Assembly (NCBI GenBank): GCA_963785725.1
Contig: CAWAWS010000027.1
Span: 5,708-69,707, forward strand
From: an uncultured delta proteobacterium
Lineage (GTDB): Bacteria > Myxococcota_A > Polyangia > Palsa-1104
Reading direction: 5' to 3'
DNA: 64,000 nt
Part shown: positions 30,101-38,442 of the stretch, one piece after another
Layout: each line of letters begins with the position of its first letter
How positions within the stretch are numbered: position 1 is the stretch's first letter
Notes under the pieces: model-generated
The model's input: the letters and a program-made list of their open reading frames with translations, nothing else
What the model was told of the DNA's origin: nothing
Database searches by the model: none
Position numbers and translations under genes: made by a program

Positions 30101-30444
30101 GTGAGGTCGTGCAGCACCGTCGCGTCGTAAGCGAACGGAAAATGCTCGACCGACTCCTCGAGGAAAAAGTCGAAGGGATTGATGGTCGTCAGCTCGGCGA
30201 TCAAGTCGACGGCGACGGTAAACTCCTTCGACTTCTGCGGGAACACGAGGCGCGCCACGTGATTGCCGAAGGGATCCTGCTGCCAGCCGACGAACTGCTC
30301 GGACGGCGTCACCTTCAGCGAATAGGCGAGAATCGGCGTTCGACAATGCGGCGCCGGCCGCAAGCGCACGAGCTGCGGCGACAGCTGAATCTCGCGATCG
30401 TAGACGTAACGGGTGACGTGATGGAGCGCGACGCGGGTCGCCAT
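27130..30444 (-). CDS. Transglutaminase fused to DUF2126 putative amidoligase
   Basis: GSCRD, DLHAWAE, GLDATSG; LTMGGEPTF, GKWYPGESLPRW, TPDPGVIEVN, GTGGGNH. Confidence 0.92.
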   Translation of the reverse strand: MATRVALHHVTRYVYDREIQLSPQLVRLRPAPHCRTPILAYSLKVTPSEQFVGWQQDPFGNHVARLVFPQKSKEFTVAVDLIAELTTINPFDFFLEESVEHFPFAYDATVLHDLTTYLEVVDAGPGFAQLVGRVRDDIARPGRRMVDVLVDINRLVHRALRYEIRMEPGVFTPEETLERGHGSCRDFAWLLVNLLRSIGLAARFVSGYSIQLTPDQKPLDGPAGVSEDCCDLHAWAETYLPGAGWVGLDATSGLFASEGHIPLACTADPSAAAPITGSFSWDKREEGDELGCEFDVVMQVTRVEDRPRPTRSYTDEQWQAILAAGDAVERALVAGDVRLTMGGEPTFVSVDDMESPEWSTAATGPDKEARADALARRLWARFAAGGFLHHGLGKWYPGESLPRWAYSIYWRKDGEPVWRDPTLIAGSQPRNDGSEQARAFVRALVAKLGIEDGYVMPAYEDVWYWLWKERRLPVNVDPLESNLDDEEERARLRRIFGQGLGKVVGWTLPLRAEEAPAGTQWQSGAWLLRDERLYLFPGDSPMGLRLPLDTLPWTTPEELLADAERDPFAQRPPLPPRRALEQSRPGTIRRGVPMQRGVAARPIVRTALCVEPRNGRLHVFLPPVGHLEHYLDLIAKVEACAAELRLPVRLEGYAPPGDPRLHKLSVTPDPGVIEVNVQPASSWRQLVDNTTALYDEARQVRLGTDKFMIDGRHTGTGGGNHVVIGGDRAADSPLLRKPELLRSLIAYFINHPSLSYLFSGQFVGPTSQAPRLDEARQDSLYELEAAFAALTASHNPAPPWLVDRLFRHLLVDVTGNGHRTELCLDKLFSPDSATGRLGLLEMRGFEMPPDARMSCAQQLLVRALVASFWKTPYEQPLVRWGTSLHDRFMLPHFVWQDLADVTAELGRRDLAVDAEWFRPHWEFRFPRHGAVAIEGVDLEIRQAIEPWHVLGEEPGGGGTVRYVDSSVERVQVLARGLVPGRHVVACNGRRVPLHPTGRAGEGVAGVRYKAWKPPSSLHPTLNVDAPLTFDLVDTWSGRAVGGCTYYVSHPAGRHYDTYPRNGLEAEARRATRFAPFGHTPGKMTPPPESRSLELPFTLDLRRPG

Positions 30445-30482
30445 AGTCGTTCATCCATATCACCGACTGCGGGTCGAGTCCG

Positions 30483-30520
30483 GTAAACGTTATGTTTCCA
30501 TTGCGTACAAACGACGTAAC
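30483..30520. promoter_or_regulatory. Four half-sites phased at 11 bp in a divergent promoter (OmpR/GlnR-like box)
   Basis: GTAAA-N6-GTTTC-N6-GTACA-N6-GTAAC in an AT-rich patch. Confidence 0.45.
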
Positions 30521-30572
30521 TGGAGGGAATCGCCCTATCGCGAAGCCCGCGAACGCGCTTAAATCTTCATTC

Positions 30573-32102
30573 GTGCCTGTCGCGCGACCTTCGCAGAGTC
30601 AGTCGCAGTCGTCGGCTAATCCCGGCCCGTCGTCGCTGCTGTCGGCCTATCGCCCACTGTCGAGCAGCTGGGACGAGCTGGTCGCGCCCGACGGCCGACC
30701 GCGCTCGCACGCCCAGCAGACCTTCGACATGCTGGGCGCGCTCGGCGCCGCCGATTTCGCACGCTATCAATCGCTGGCCGAGCTCTCGTTATATAACCAG
30801 GGCATTACATTCTCGGTCTATTCCGACCAGCGCGGCACCGAGAAGATATTTCCCATTTGCCTCGTTCCGCGCGTCATCGACGCCGTCGAATGGGCCGCCG
30901 TCGAAAAAGGGTTGGTGCAGCGGGTTCAGGCGCTGAACCTCTTTCTCGACGATCTGTACGGCGAGCAGCGCATCCTCAAGGACGGCTGCGTGCCCGCCGA
31001 TTTGGTGCTGGGCGCGAAGTTCTACTTGCCGCAGCTGCACGGCATGAAGCCACCGGGCGGCGTGCGCATTCCCATCGCCGGCATCGACCTCATCCGCGGC
31101 CCCGACGGCATCTTGCGCGTGCTCGAGGACAACGTGCGCACGCCGTCGGGTGTGTCGTATGTCGTCGAGAATCGGCTGGTGACGAAGCGAATCTTCCAGC
31201 ACTCGACGGAGATCTCGGGCGAGATGTCGAGCATCCGGCCGGTCGAGCAATATCCGATCGAGCTCGCGCGCACGCTGCGTTCGATCGCGCCGACCGAGAG
31301 CGACGACATTCGCGCGGTCGTGCTGACGCCGGGATCGTTCAACTCGGCCTACTTCGAGCACACGTTCTTGGCGCGCCACATGGGCATCGAGCTGGTCGAG
31401 GCGAGCGACCTGTTCGTCGAGAAAGACGCGGTGTTCGTGCGCACGACGCAAGGGCCGAAGCGCGTCGACGTCATCTATCGCCGCATCGACGACGCTTACC
31501 TCGACCCCGAGTTCTTCCGGCCCGACAGCATGCTGGGCGTGCCCGGCCTCATGCGCGCCTACGCCGCCGGCAACGTCGCGCTCGCCAACGCGCCCGGCAA
31601 CGGCTGCGCCGACGACAAGGCCGTGTATGCGTTCGTGCCCGATATGATTCGCTATTACCTCGGCGAAGAGGCGCTGCTGGCACAAGTCGACACCTACGCC
31701 TGTGCGCGTCCCGACGATCTGGCGTATGTCGTCGATCATCTGTCGCGGCTCGTGGTCAAGTCGGTCGACGAAGCGGGCGGCTACGGCATGCTCATGGGCC
31801 CGCAAGCGAGCGCCGACGAGATCGCGACCTTCCGCAAGCGCATCATCGCCGAGCCGCGCAAATACATCGCGCAGGAGCGCATCGAGCTGTCGACGTGTCC
31901 GACGTGGGATCCGGCGCGGCAGGCGTTGGCGCCGCGGCGCGTGGATTTGCGGCCGTTCGTGCTCACGCGTCCCGACGGCGCGTGGGTCTTGCCCGGCGGC
32001 TTGACGCGCGTCGCGCTCGTCGAAGGCTCGTACGTCGTCAACTCGAGCCAAGGCGGCGGCAGCAAAGACACGTGGGTCCAGCGCGCCGACGGTGGCGCAT
32101 GA
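30573..32102 (+). CDS. Circularly permuted type 2 ATP-grasp protein
   Basis: GIDLIR, LEDNVRTPSGVSY, NSAYFEH, PGGLTRVAL, VVNSSQGGGSKDTWV; the ORF extends to an ATG at 30492, GTG 30573 is the preferred start. Confidence 0.9.
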   Translation: MPVARPSQSQSQSSANPGPSSLLSAYRPLSSSWDELVAPDGRPRSHAQQTFDMLGALGAADFARYQSLAELSLYNQGITFSVYSDQRGTEKIFPICLVPRVIDAVEWAAVEKGLVQRVQALNLFLDDLYGEQRILKDGCVPADLVLGAKFYLPQLHGMKPPGGVRIPIAGIDLIRGPDGILRVLEDNVRTPSGVSYVVENRLVTKRIFQHSTEISGEMSSIRPVEQYPIELARTLRSIAPTESDDIRAVVLTPGSFNSAYFEHTFLARHMGIELVEASDLFVEKDAVFVRTTQGPKRVDVIYRRIDDAYLDPEFFRPDSMLGVPGLMRAYAAGNVALANAPGNGCADDKAVYAFVPDMIRYYLGEEALLAQVDTYACARPDDLAYVVDHLSRLVVKSVDEAGGYGMLMGPQASADEIATFRKRIIAEPRKYIAQERIELSTCPTWDPARQALAPRRVDLRPFVLTRPDGAWVLPGGLTRVALVEGSYVVNSSQGGGSKDTWVQRADGGA

Positions 32103-33079
32103 TCTCGCGGGTCGCCGATCACTGCTTCTGGTTCGGCCGTTACGTCGAGCGCGCCGAGTCGAGCGCGCGGCTTTTGCAGGCAACGCGCGCGCTCGTGTTC
32201 GACACCGAGCTGCCGGTGACGCAATGCTGGACGCCGCTCGTCATCGTCTCCGGTGAGTACGACCACTTCTGCGAGCGCTATGACGCCGAGGCCGCCGGCG
32301 ACGGCGAGCGCGTCCAGGAGCACCTGACCTGGAGCGACTCGGGCGTGAGCCTCTTGACGTCGGTGCGGGCGGCGCGTGAGAGCGCGCGCGTCATCCGCGA
32401 CGTGCTGTCACTCGAGACGTGGGAAGCGATCAACGAGCTGTACCTGTTTCTCGGCCGCGACTCGACGGAGCAGCTCTATCGCGAGCATCGCGAGGAGCTC
32501 TATCGCACGGTGCGGCGCTCGACGCAGCTGGTGCTCGGCCTCGTGCGCTCGACGATGCTGCACGACGAGCCGATGAGCTTTCTGTGGCTGGGCGCGATGA
32601 TCGAGCGCGCCGGACAAGTGGCGCGCATGCTCGACATGCATCACCACACGATGGCGCGCGAGCATGCGCATTACATCGTGCAAGTGGCCCTCTGGCTTTC
32701 ACTCTTGCGCGCGTCGTCGGGCTACGAAGCGTACATGAAGAAGCACCAAGGGCGCGTCACGGTGCAGTCGCTGGCGTCGTTCCTGCTGTTCGAGCCGAGC
32801 TTTCCGCGTTCGCTCGGCTACTGCTTGAAGTCGTCGCGCTCGCTGCTCGGCAACATCTGGCCCGACGCGCCCGCCGACGGCCAGCCGCGCGAGTCGTTGG
32901 CGCGGCTCGACGCGCTGCTCAACTGGCTCGACGAGCAGAAGACGCGCGGCATCGAAGGCACCGACTTCCACGAGCTGCTCACGCGCGTCGTCGACGAAAC
33001 CGCGGAGATCTGCGGCCAAGTCTCGACCGAGATCCAAGGCCCGGTGCATCCCAAGCCCGCCGCCGCCGCTACCGGCTGA
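32099..33079 (+). CDS. Alpha-E domain protein
   Basis: MISRVADHCFWFGRYVERAE, ARESAR, GAMIERA, FPRSL; ATGA overlap with the upstream gene. Confidence 0.92.
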   Translation: MISRVADHCFWFGRYVERAESSARLLQATRALVFDTELPVTQCWTPLVIVSGEYDHFCERYDAEAAGDGERVQEHLTWSDSGVSLLTSVRAARESARVIRDVLSLETWEAINELYLFLGRDSTEQLYREHREELYRTVRRSTQLVLGLVRSTMLHDEPMSFLWLGAMIERAGQVARMLDMHHHTMAREHAHYIVQVALWLSLLRASSGYEAYMKKHQGRVTVQSLASFLLFEPSFPRSLGYCLKSSRSLLGNIWPDAPADGQPRESLARLDALLNWLDEQKTRGIEGTDFHELLTRVVDETAEICGQVSTEIQGPVHPKPAAAATG

Positions 33080-33146
33080 CGTTCGTCCGCGCTCTCTCGG
33101 CCGCGTCGTGCAGCGCGCCATCGTTCTACTTCAAGCCCAAGCGGAG

Positions 33147-33259
33147 ACATGCTGGGCGCCGGCGAGTTGTCTCCCGCAGGCTGTAAGCCGAGGACTGTCT
33201 GAGCCGGCGCCCAGCATGTCGGAGCGCCGCCGGCGCCCAGCATGTCGGAGCGCCGCCGG
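33147..33259. repeat. REP-like cluster: 18-bp inverted repeat plus 27-bp tandem duplication between convergent genes
   Basis: GACATGCTGGGCGCCGGC is the reverse complement of GCCGGCGCCCAGCATGTC, which occurs twice in tandem. Confidence 0.75.
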
Positions 33260-33263
33260 AGCG

Positions 33264-34457
33264 TCAGTTATTGACGCCGGCGAAGATGTTGGCGAACTGG
33301 AACGTGCTCGTGTCGACGTTGGAGCAAGCGTCGCCGTCGGCGTAACCGCCCGCGCCGCACTTTTCGTCGCGCTGGATGGCCCAGAACGAGACGAGGCCGA
33401 GCTTGACGTCCTTGGCGTGCGCGATGAACGTCTGGGCGTTGGCGAGCGAGAAGACCGAGCTGTCGTCGTTCTTGCCGATCATGGCCGTGCCGCCGACCAT
33501 GCGATAGGCGTCGGCGAGCGACAAGCCGGAGATGGCCGACGTCAGCTGCTTCGCGGTCGAGTCCACCGAGTCGACGGGCGTCTTGCCGAGGTCGGTGCCG
33601 TCGCCGTAGTCCATCGTCATGACGTTGACGTACTGAATCGTGACGCCGGCCTTGAGCGCGGAGGTGACGACGGCCAAGCCCAAGTCGTCGAGCCCGTCGT
33701 CATTGACCGGCAGCGTGAACGCGACCTTGATGCCCTTGGACGTCTGCACCGACTTCAACGCGGTGGCGCGCATGGCGTTGATGGTGGCGTTGCTCGTCGA
33801 CGAGCCCTGCTCGATGTCGAAGTCGAGGTCGGTGATGCCGGTGGCGTCGACGAAGTCGCTGATGGCCGACGCCAGCGCCGTCGCGCTCGTGCACGCGCTC
33901 TCCAAGTACGTGCCGTCGGCGCCGCCGAAGCTCGCTTTGACGTGGCCGCCGCCGGCGATGTAGGCCTTGACGTCGGCGAGGTTGTCTTGAATGTCCGTCG
34001 ACGTCGTGCAGCCGCCGCCCGAGAGCACGAAGGCGATCGTCACTTCCTTCGGCCCCGACATCTGCTGCATCTGCACGAGCGAGTTGAACGAGTACGCGTT
34101 GCCGCCCCAGCTCCACGTGTAGAAATAGGGGGCAAACTCGGTGACTTCGGGGTTCGCCGTCGTGCCGCCGCCGCCCGCGGTGCCACCGCCGCCGGCGCTG
34201 CCGCCGCCACCGCCGGCGCTGCCGCCGCCACCGGCCGTCTCGCCGCCGCCGCCGGCCGCGCCGATGCCGCCGCCGGCGCTGCCGCTACCGCCGGCGCTCG
34301 TGCTGCCGCCGGCGTTGCCGCTGCCGCCACCCGCGCTGCTGCCGCCACCGTTGCCCGACGGATCGCCGATGCCGGACGAACCGCCGCAACCGACGAGCGC
34401 GAGGCAGAGCGCGAACGAAGAAGCCAGACCGACCGAGAGGCGCGTGGATGCGAACAT
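33264..34457 (-). CDS. GH18 chitinase lipoprotein with Gly-rich linker
   Basis: Lipobox LVGC; FAPY, SFGGADG, catalytic LDFDIE, VNVMTMDYG, FWAIQRD. Confidence 0.9.
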   Translation of the reverse strand: MFASTRLSVGLASSFALCLALVGCGGSSGIGDPSGNGGGSSAGGGSGNAGGSTSAGGSGSAGGGIGAAGGGGETAGGGGSAGGGGGSAGGGGTAGGGGTTANPEVTEFAPYFYTWSWGGNAYSFNSLVQMQQMSGPKEVTIAFVLSGGGCTTSTDIQDNLADVKAYIAGGGHVKASFGGADGTYLESACTSATALASAISDFVDATGITDLDFDIEQGSSTSNATINAMRATALKSVQTSKGIKVAFTLPVNDDGLDDLGLAVVTSALKAGVTIQYVNVMTMDYGDGTDLGKTPVDSVDSTAKQLTSAISGLSLADAYRMVGGTAMIGKNDDSSVFSLANAQTFIAHAKDVKLGLVSFWAIQRDEKCGAGGYADGDACSNVDTSTFQFANIFAGVNN

Positions 34458-34611
34458 AATGGCGCACATTCGCAAGTGTCACGCCAAGGAGACACGCATG
34501 CATGTAGCTGATTTTACGACTGAACCGATAAGCGCTCGATGAGACTGCGGACCACGGATGTAAACTTCGAGGTGACGAGCATGCCGGCTGTGGAATGTTA
34601 CAATTACACTG

Positions 34612-35241
34612 ATGGCTGTTCCACCGGCGCCGCAGCGGCACCCGTTCGCTCCTGGTAGGAGCCCGTTTCACGTCAAGGGCGTCGTTTATCGCAACTTCGT
34701 CGAGTACATCGATGGCGCGGTCGACGGCGGGATTGCCCGGCTGGTGACGCTGCTCGACGAGCCGGAGCTGCAGACGTTCGCGCAGCAGCCCTTCTTGGCG
34801 AGCAGCTTCTACGACGCGCTGCCGACGGTGCCGCTGTGCGAGACGGCGGCCAAGGCGCTCAATCGTCCGTTCGGTCAGCTGGTGCGCGAGTTTTCGGCGT
34901 ACGCGTCCGAGCGCGACACGAAGGGCATCTATCGGCTGCTCTTGAAGTTGGTGTCGCCCGAGATGGTCATGGAGCGGACGCCGGCGGCGGCGAAGCAGTA
35001 TTTCGACTTCGTCGTGGTGACGGCAGAAAAAAGCGGGCCCAAGAGCTTTCGCACGATGGTGCGCGGGGTGCCGCGGTTCGTGGCGCCGTTCTATATGACG
35101 GTGACCGAGGCGTTCTTGAGTCGGGCGTTGACGCTGGCGGGCGCGAAGGAGCCGCGGCACGCGTGGCAGGCGCCGCTGCCGGACGGCGAGCGCGACGGCG
35201 TGCCGCTGGTGCGGCTGCGGCGTGAGGTGAGCTGGCGATAG
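34612..35241 (+). CDS. DUF2378/V4R-like myxobacterial protein
   Basis: HVKGVVY..FLASSFY..GIYRLLLKLVSP..QYFDF; paralog of 16269-16841. Confidence 0.6.
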   Translation: MAVPPAPQRHPFAPGRSPFHVKGVVYRNFVEYIDGAVDGGIARLVTLLDEPELQTFAQQPFLASSFYDALPTVPLCETAAKALNRPFGQLVREFSAYASERDTKGIYRLLLKLVSPEMVMERTPAAAKQYFDFVVVTAEKSGPKSFRTMVRGVPRFVAPFYMTVTEAFLSRALTLAGAKEPRHAWQAPLPDGERDGVPLVRLRREVSWR

Positions 35242-35252
35242 TCGGGCGCTCC

Positions 35253-35327
35253 GACAAAACGGGCGCGCGCTCGGACAGTGCTCGCCCTACGGGCTGCGCA
35301 AGACAACTCGCGCGCGCCCATTTTGTC
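35253..35327. repeat. Long inverted repeat (REP-like hairpin / terminator)
   Basis: GACAAAACGGGCGCGCGC ... GCGCGCGCCCATTTTGTC, 18-bp arms with one mismatch, directly after a stop codon. Confidence 0.75.
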
Positions 35328-35722
35328 TCCGCTCGGGCTGTGGAAGGCGGAGGCGGAAGCAGACGACGGCGTTCGGTTTGCGGCGCAGCCGTCGTTCGGC
35401 TGCGATTGAGGGCGGATGCGGAGGCGAGCCACGGCGGGATGGCGCGCGGCTTCGGCTGAAGGGGCGGATGCGGAGGCGAGGCGTGGCGTGCGTGCTGTCT
35501 GGTGCAACCGTCGGTCGGCTTCGGCTGCGGAGCTGGCGGCGGAAGCGAGCGACGGTGCCGCGCAGTCGCAGTGAGCGCGTGGTCGCGATCGGTCGTGATC
35601 GCGAGGCTGCAGCGCGTGGGCGGCGCGGCGGCGGTCGTAGCTGTGCGGTCGTAGCTGTGCGGTCGTAGCCGTGCTGTGGGTGGTCGCGGTGGATTTCGGG
35701 GGCGGATGGGTTTGGGCGGGGT

Positions 35723-35852
35723 GGCGACGGCGCCCGGGCGCGCGGTGCGCGCGGGCGCTGTCGCTCCGTCGGAGTCGGCCATCGTGTAGTCAGGCACGCC
35801 GATCGATGGCTTATCGCGGGCGCACGCGCTCCGCACCCACGCGCGCCCCCAA
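35723..35852. repeat. Dispersed ~130-bp non-coding element, copy A
   Basis: Roughly 90% identical by eye to the reverse complement of 46644-46772. Confidence 0.85.
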
Positions 35853-35883
35853 TGGCGGCAGCTCAGCGTGACTTCGCGGGCGG

Positions 35884-36693
35884 CTATGCCGGTCGCTTGG
35901 CGGCTAGGAAGCGCACCTTGTTGCGGGCGCCGCGTTTCTCCATGATCGGCCGCAGCCATGCGAACATGCGCGGCGAGAGGTAGCCGAGCGTCGCCAGCTT
36001 GCCCGACAGCGCGGGGATGTCGATCTCGGCCTCGCCCGTTTCGATCGCGCGCACGACCGCGGTCGCGACCTCTTCGGCCGTCGACATCGGCTGCGAGAAC
36101 ACGAGGTCCGGCACCTTGGCCAGATCGTCGCCGAAGAAGCCGGTGTCGACGGGACCGGGGCAGACGGTGCAGGCGCGCAGCCCGCGCGCCGTGAGCTCGA
36201 CGTCGAGCGCGCGCGTAAAAGCGCGCAGCCCCGCCTTCGACGCCGAGTACGTCGCCTCGTGCGGCACCGGCACCTTGCCCGCGAGGCTCGCCAGATTGAC
36301 GATGACGCCGCCCGGTCGCAGCAGCGTGAGCGCCGCCTGCGTCAACAAGATCGGCGCCGTCAGGTTGGTCTCGAGGATCGTCGCCAGCTCGTCGCTCGTG
36401 CGCTCGCGAACCGATCCGCGATGGTTGACGCCGGCGTTGTTGACGATGAAGTCGAGCCGGCCGAAGCGCGCGTCGACCTGCGCCGGCAGCGCCAACAGCG
36501 CCGCGCGGTCGGTGACGTCGAGCGGGAACGCCGCCGCCCGCGTGCCGAGCTCGCGCGCCGCCGCTTCCAGCTTGTCGACCGAGCGCGCGACGAGCGCCAC
36601 ATGCACACCGCGCTGCACCAGCTCGCGCGCGACCGCCAAGCCTATCCCGCTCGACGCGCCGGTCACGATGGCGCTCTTGTCTGACCACTGCAT
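35884..36693 (-). CDS. SDR-family oxidoreductase
   Basis: TGASSGIG, NNAG, YSASK; GGAGGT RBS before ATG 36693. Confidence 0.92.
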   Translation of the reverse strand: MQWSDKSAIVTGASSGIGLAVARELVQRGVHVALVARSVDKLEAAARELGTRAAAFPLDVTDRAALLALPAQVDARFGRLDFIVNNAGVNHRGSVRERTSDELATILETNLTAPILLTQAALTLLRPGGVIVNLASLAGKVPVPHEATYSASKAGLRAFTRALDVELTARGLRACTVCPGPVDTGFFGDDLAKVPDLVFSQPMSTAEEVATAVVRAIETGEAEIDIPALSGKLATLGYLSPRMFAWLRPIMEKRGARNKVRFLAAKRPA

Positions 36694-36992
36694 CGACTTA
36701 CCTCCAGCCGTCATCGATACTCGGCGGCGCGGCGGCGTCAAGCGAAGTGAGCAGAAAAGGGCTACCCGGCGGCGACGGCGTCTCAGACGCGGGGGGACAC
36801 GTTCGACGGCCGCCGCCGGGTTGCGATCGATCGAGAAGCTACCTTCGTGCCAAACGCAAAGGCCCGATAAGACTCGAACTGACGAACGGGTAGCTGCAAG
36901 AAATCCAGACAGGTGTTCGAACTGCGAACACACCGGTTTGATTGCGCCGGCGGCAGGGCTATGATCCCCGGCGTTGGTGGCGGGGGGTGGTG

Positions 36993-38387
36993 ATGTCGTC
37001 AGTTCGCTGGCTGGTGGCGGTGACAGTAGGTGTCGTGGCGAGCTTCGTGGCCTCGACGCTTTACATCCAAACCCGCGTTGCGCTCGTCGACGACGAGGTC
37101 ATGGACATCGTCGGGAACGCGACGCCGAGCATCGAGGAGCTGGCCGCGGCGCGCACCGAGATGCGCCACTTCGAGCTCGGCGTCGGCCGTTACATCGGCG
37201 CACGGTTGCAGAGCCTGCCGCTCTCGCGCGAGCGGCTCGTGACAGCGCGCACCGCCATCGACGAGCACTTGGCGGCCTACTCGCACCTGCCGCAGTTCGA
37301 CCGCGAGGTCGCCGTGTATCGCCCGCTACTCGCGGCGCGTGAGCGGCTTTACGCGGCCGCCGACATCGTGCTCGACTACGTCGACGCCGGCGACATCAAG
37401 GCCGCGCGCGCCAAGCTGACCGGCGACTTCGACGAGGCGGCCGAGGACATCGATCGCGCGACGCAGCGCCTCATCGCCTTCAACGCCGGGATGGCCAACG
37501 AGAACGGGCGGGCCATCGATCGTATTCGCCACAGCACGTCGCTCGTCGCCATCGTGCTCGATGGCGCGACGGTGCTGATGGCGGCGGTCATCCTGATGCT
37601 GGCGGTGCGCGCCACGCGGCTGCACGAGCGCATCCTGCTCGCCCAGAACAAAGCGGCGGCGGCGCGCGCCAACGAGCTCGACCATTTCGCGGCGCGTGTG
37701 GCGCACGATCTGAAGGCGCCGCTGACGTCGGTGTTGATGGGCGTGTCGGCGGCGCAGCAGTATCCGCACGACGCGCCGCGGCTGCTCGATCGCGTGCGGC
37801 GCGCATCGGGCACGATGAACAACATGATCGACGCGCTGCTCGACTTCGCGCGCGCCGGCTCGACGCCGCAGCGCGGGACCGCGTCGCAGCTGGCGCCGGT
37901 ATTGGACGCGGTGGTCTTGTCGGCGCAGCCCTCGCTCGAAGAGGCGCACGCCGAGCTCGTCGTGGCGCCGGTGCCGCCGGGCTGCATCGTCGGCTGCAGC
38001 AGCGGCGCGCTCGCGTCGGTGCTGTCGAATTTGGTGCAGAACGCCATCAAATACCTCGGCAGCGACGCCAGCGAGCGCCGCGTCGAGATCGGCGTGACGG
38101 CGACCGCGACGACCGTGCGCATCGAGGTGTCCGACAGCGGCCCAGGCCTGCCCGAAGACGTGCACGACAAGATCTTCGAGATGTACACGCGGGCGCCGAC
38201 GAGCATCGGTAAACCCGGCCTCGGCTTGGGCTTGGCGACGGTCAAGCGGCTCGTCGAAGCGCACGGAGGGACGCTCGGCGTGCGCTCGCGGCTCGGCGAA
38301 GGCGCCTGCTTCTGGATCGAGCTGTGCCGCGCGAACGCCGTCAAAGCACCGGTCCCGGTGACGCTACCGGCGACCCGCAACGCCTGA
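36993..38387 (+). CDS. Membrane sensor histidine kinase (4HB_MCP-like sensor, HisKA, HATPase)
   Basis: Two TMs; VAHDLKAPL, NLVQNAIKY, DSGPG, GLGLGL. Confidence 0.92.
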   Translation: MSSVRWLVAVTVGVVASFVASTLYIQTRVALVDDEVMDIVGNATPSIEELAAARTEMRHFELGVGRYIGARLQSLPLSRERLVTARTAIDEHLAAYSHLPQFDREVAVYRPLLAARERLYAAADIVLDYVDAGDIKAARAKLTGDFDEAAEDIDRATQRLIAFNAGMANENGRAIDRIRHSTSLVAIVLDGATVLMAAVILMLAVRATRLHERILLAQNKAAAARANELDHFAARVAHDLKAPLTSVLMGVSAAQQYPHDAPRLLDRVRRASGTMNNMIDALLDFARAGSTPQRGTASQLAPVLDAVVLSAQPSLEEAHAELVVAPVPPGCIVGCSSGALASVLSNLVQNAIKYLGSDASERRVEIGVTATATTVRIEVSDSGPGLPEDVHDKIFEMYTRAPTSIGKPGLGLGLATVKRLVEAHGGTLGVRSRLGEGACFWIELCRANAVKAPVPVTLPATRNA

Positions 38388-38442
38388 GACAGGCGCAGCC
38401 CGGCCTATCGTCGGAGCAGGTTGATCAACGTTGACGGTCGAA

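Noticed and set aside
24424-30486. 2020-aa plus-strand ORF
   Set aside because: Antisense shadow of well-supported minus-strand genes; Arg/Ala-rich with no motifs; expected in high-GC DNA.
34967-36688. ORFs crossing the 35242-35883 and 46575-47081 gaps
   Set aside because: Translations are low-complexity products of repeats with no RBS or recognisable motif; the gaps are treated as non-coding.
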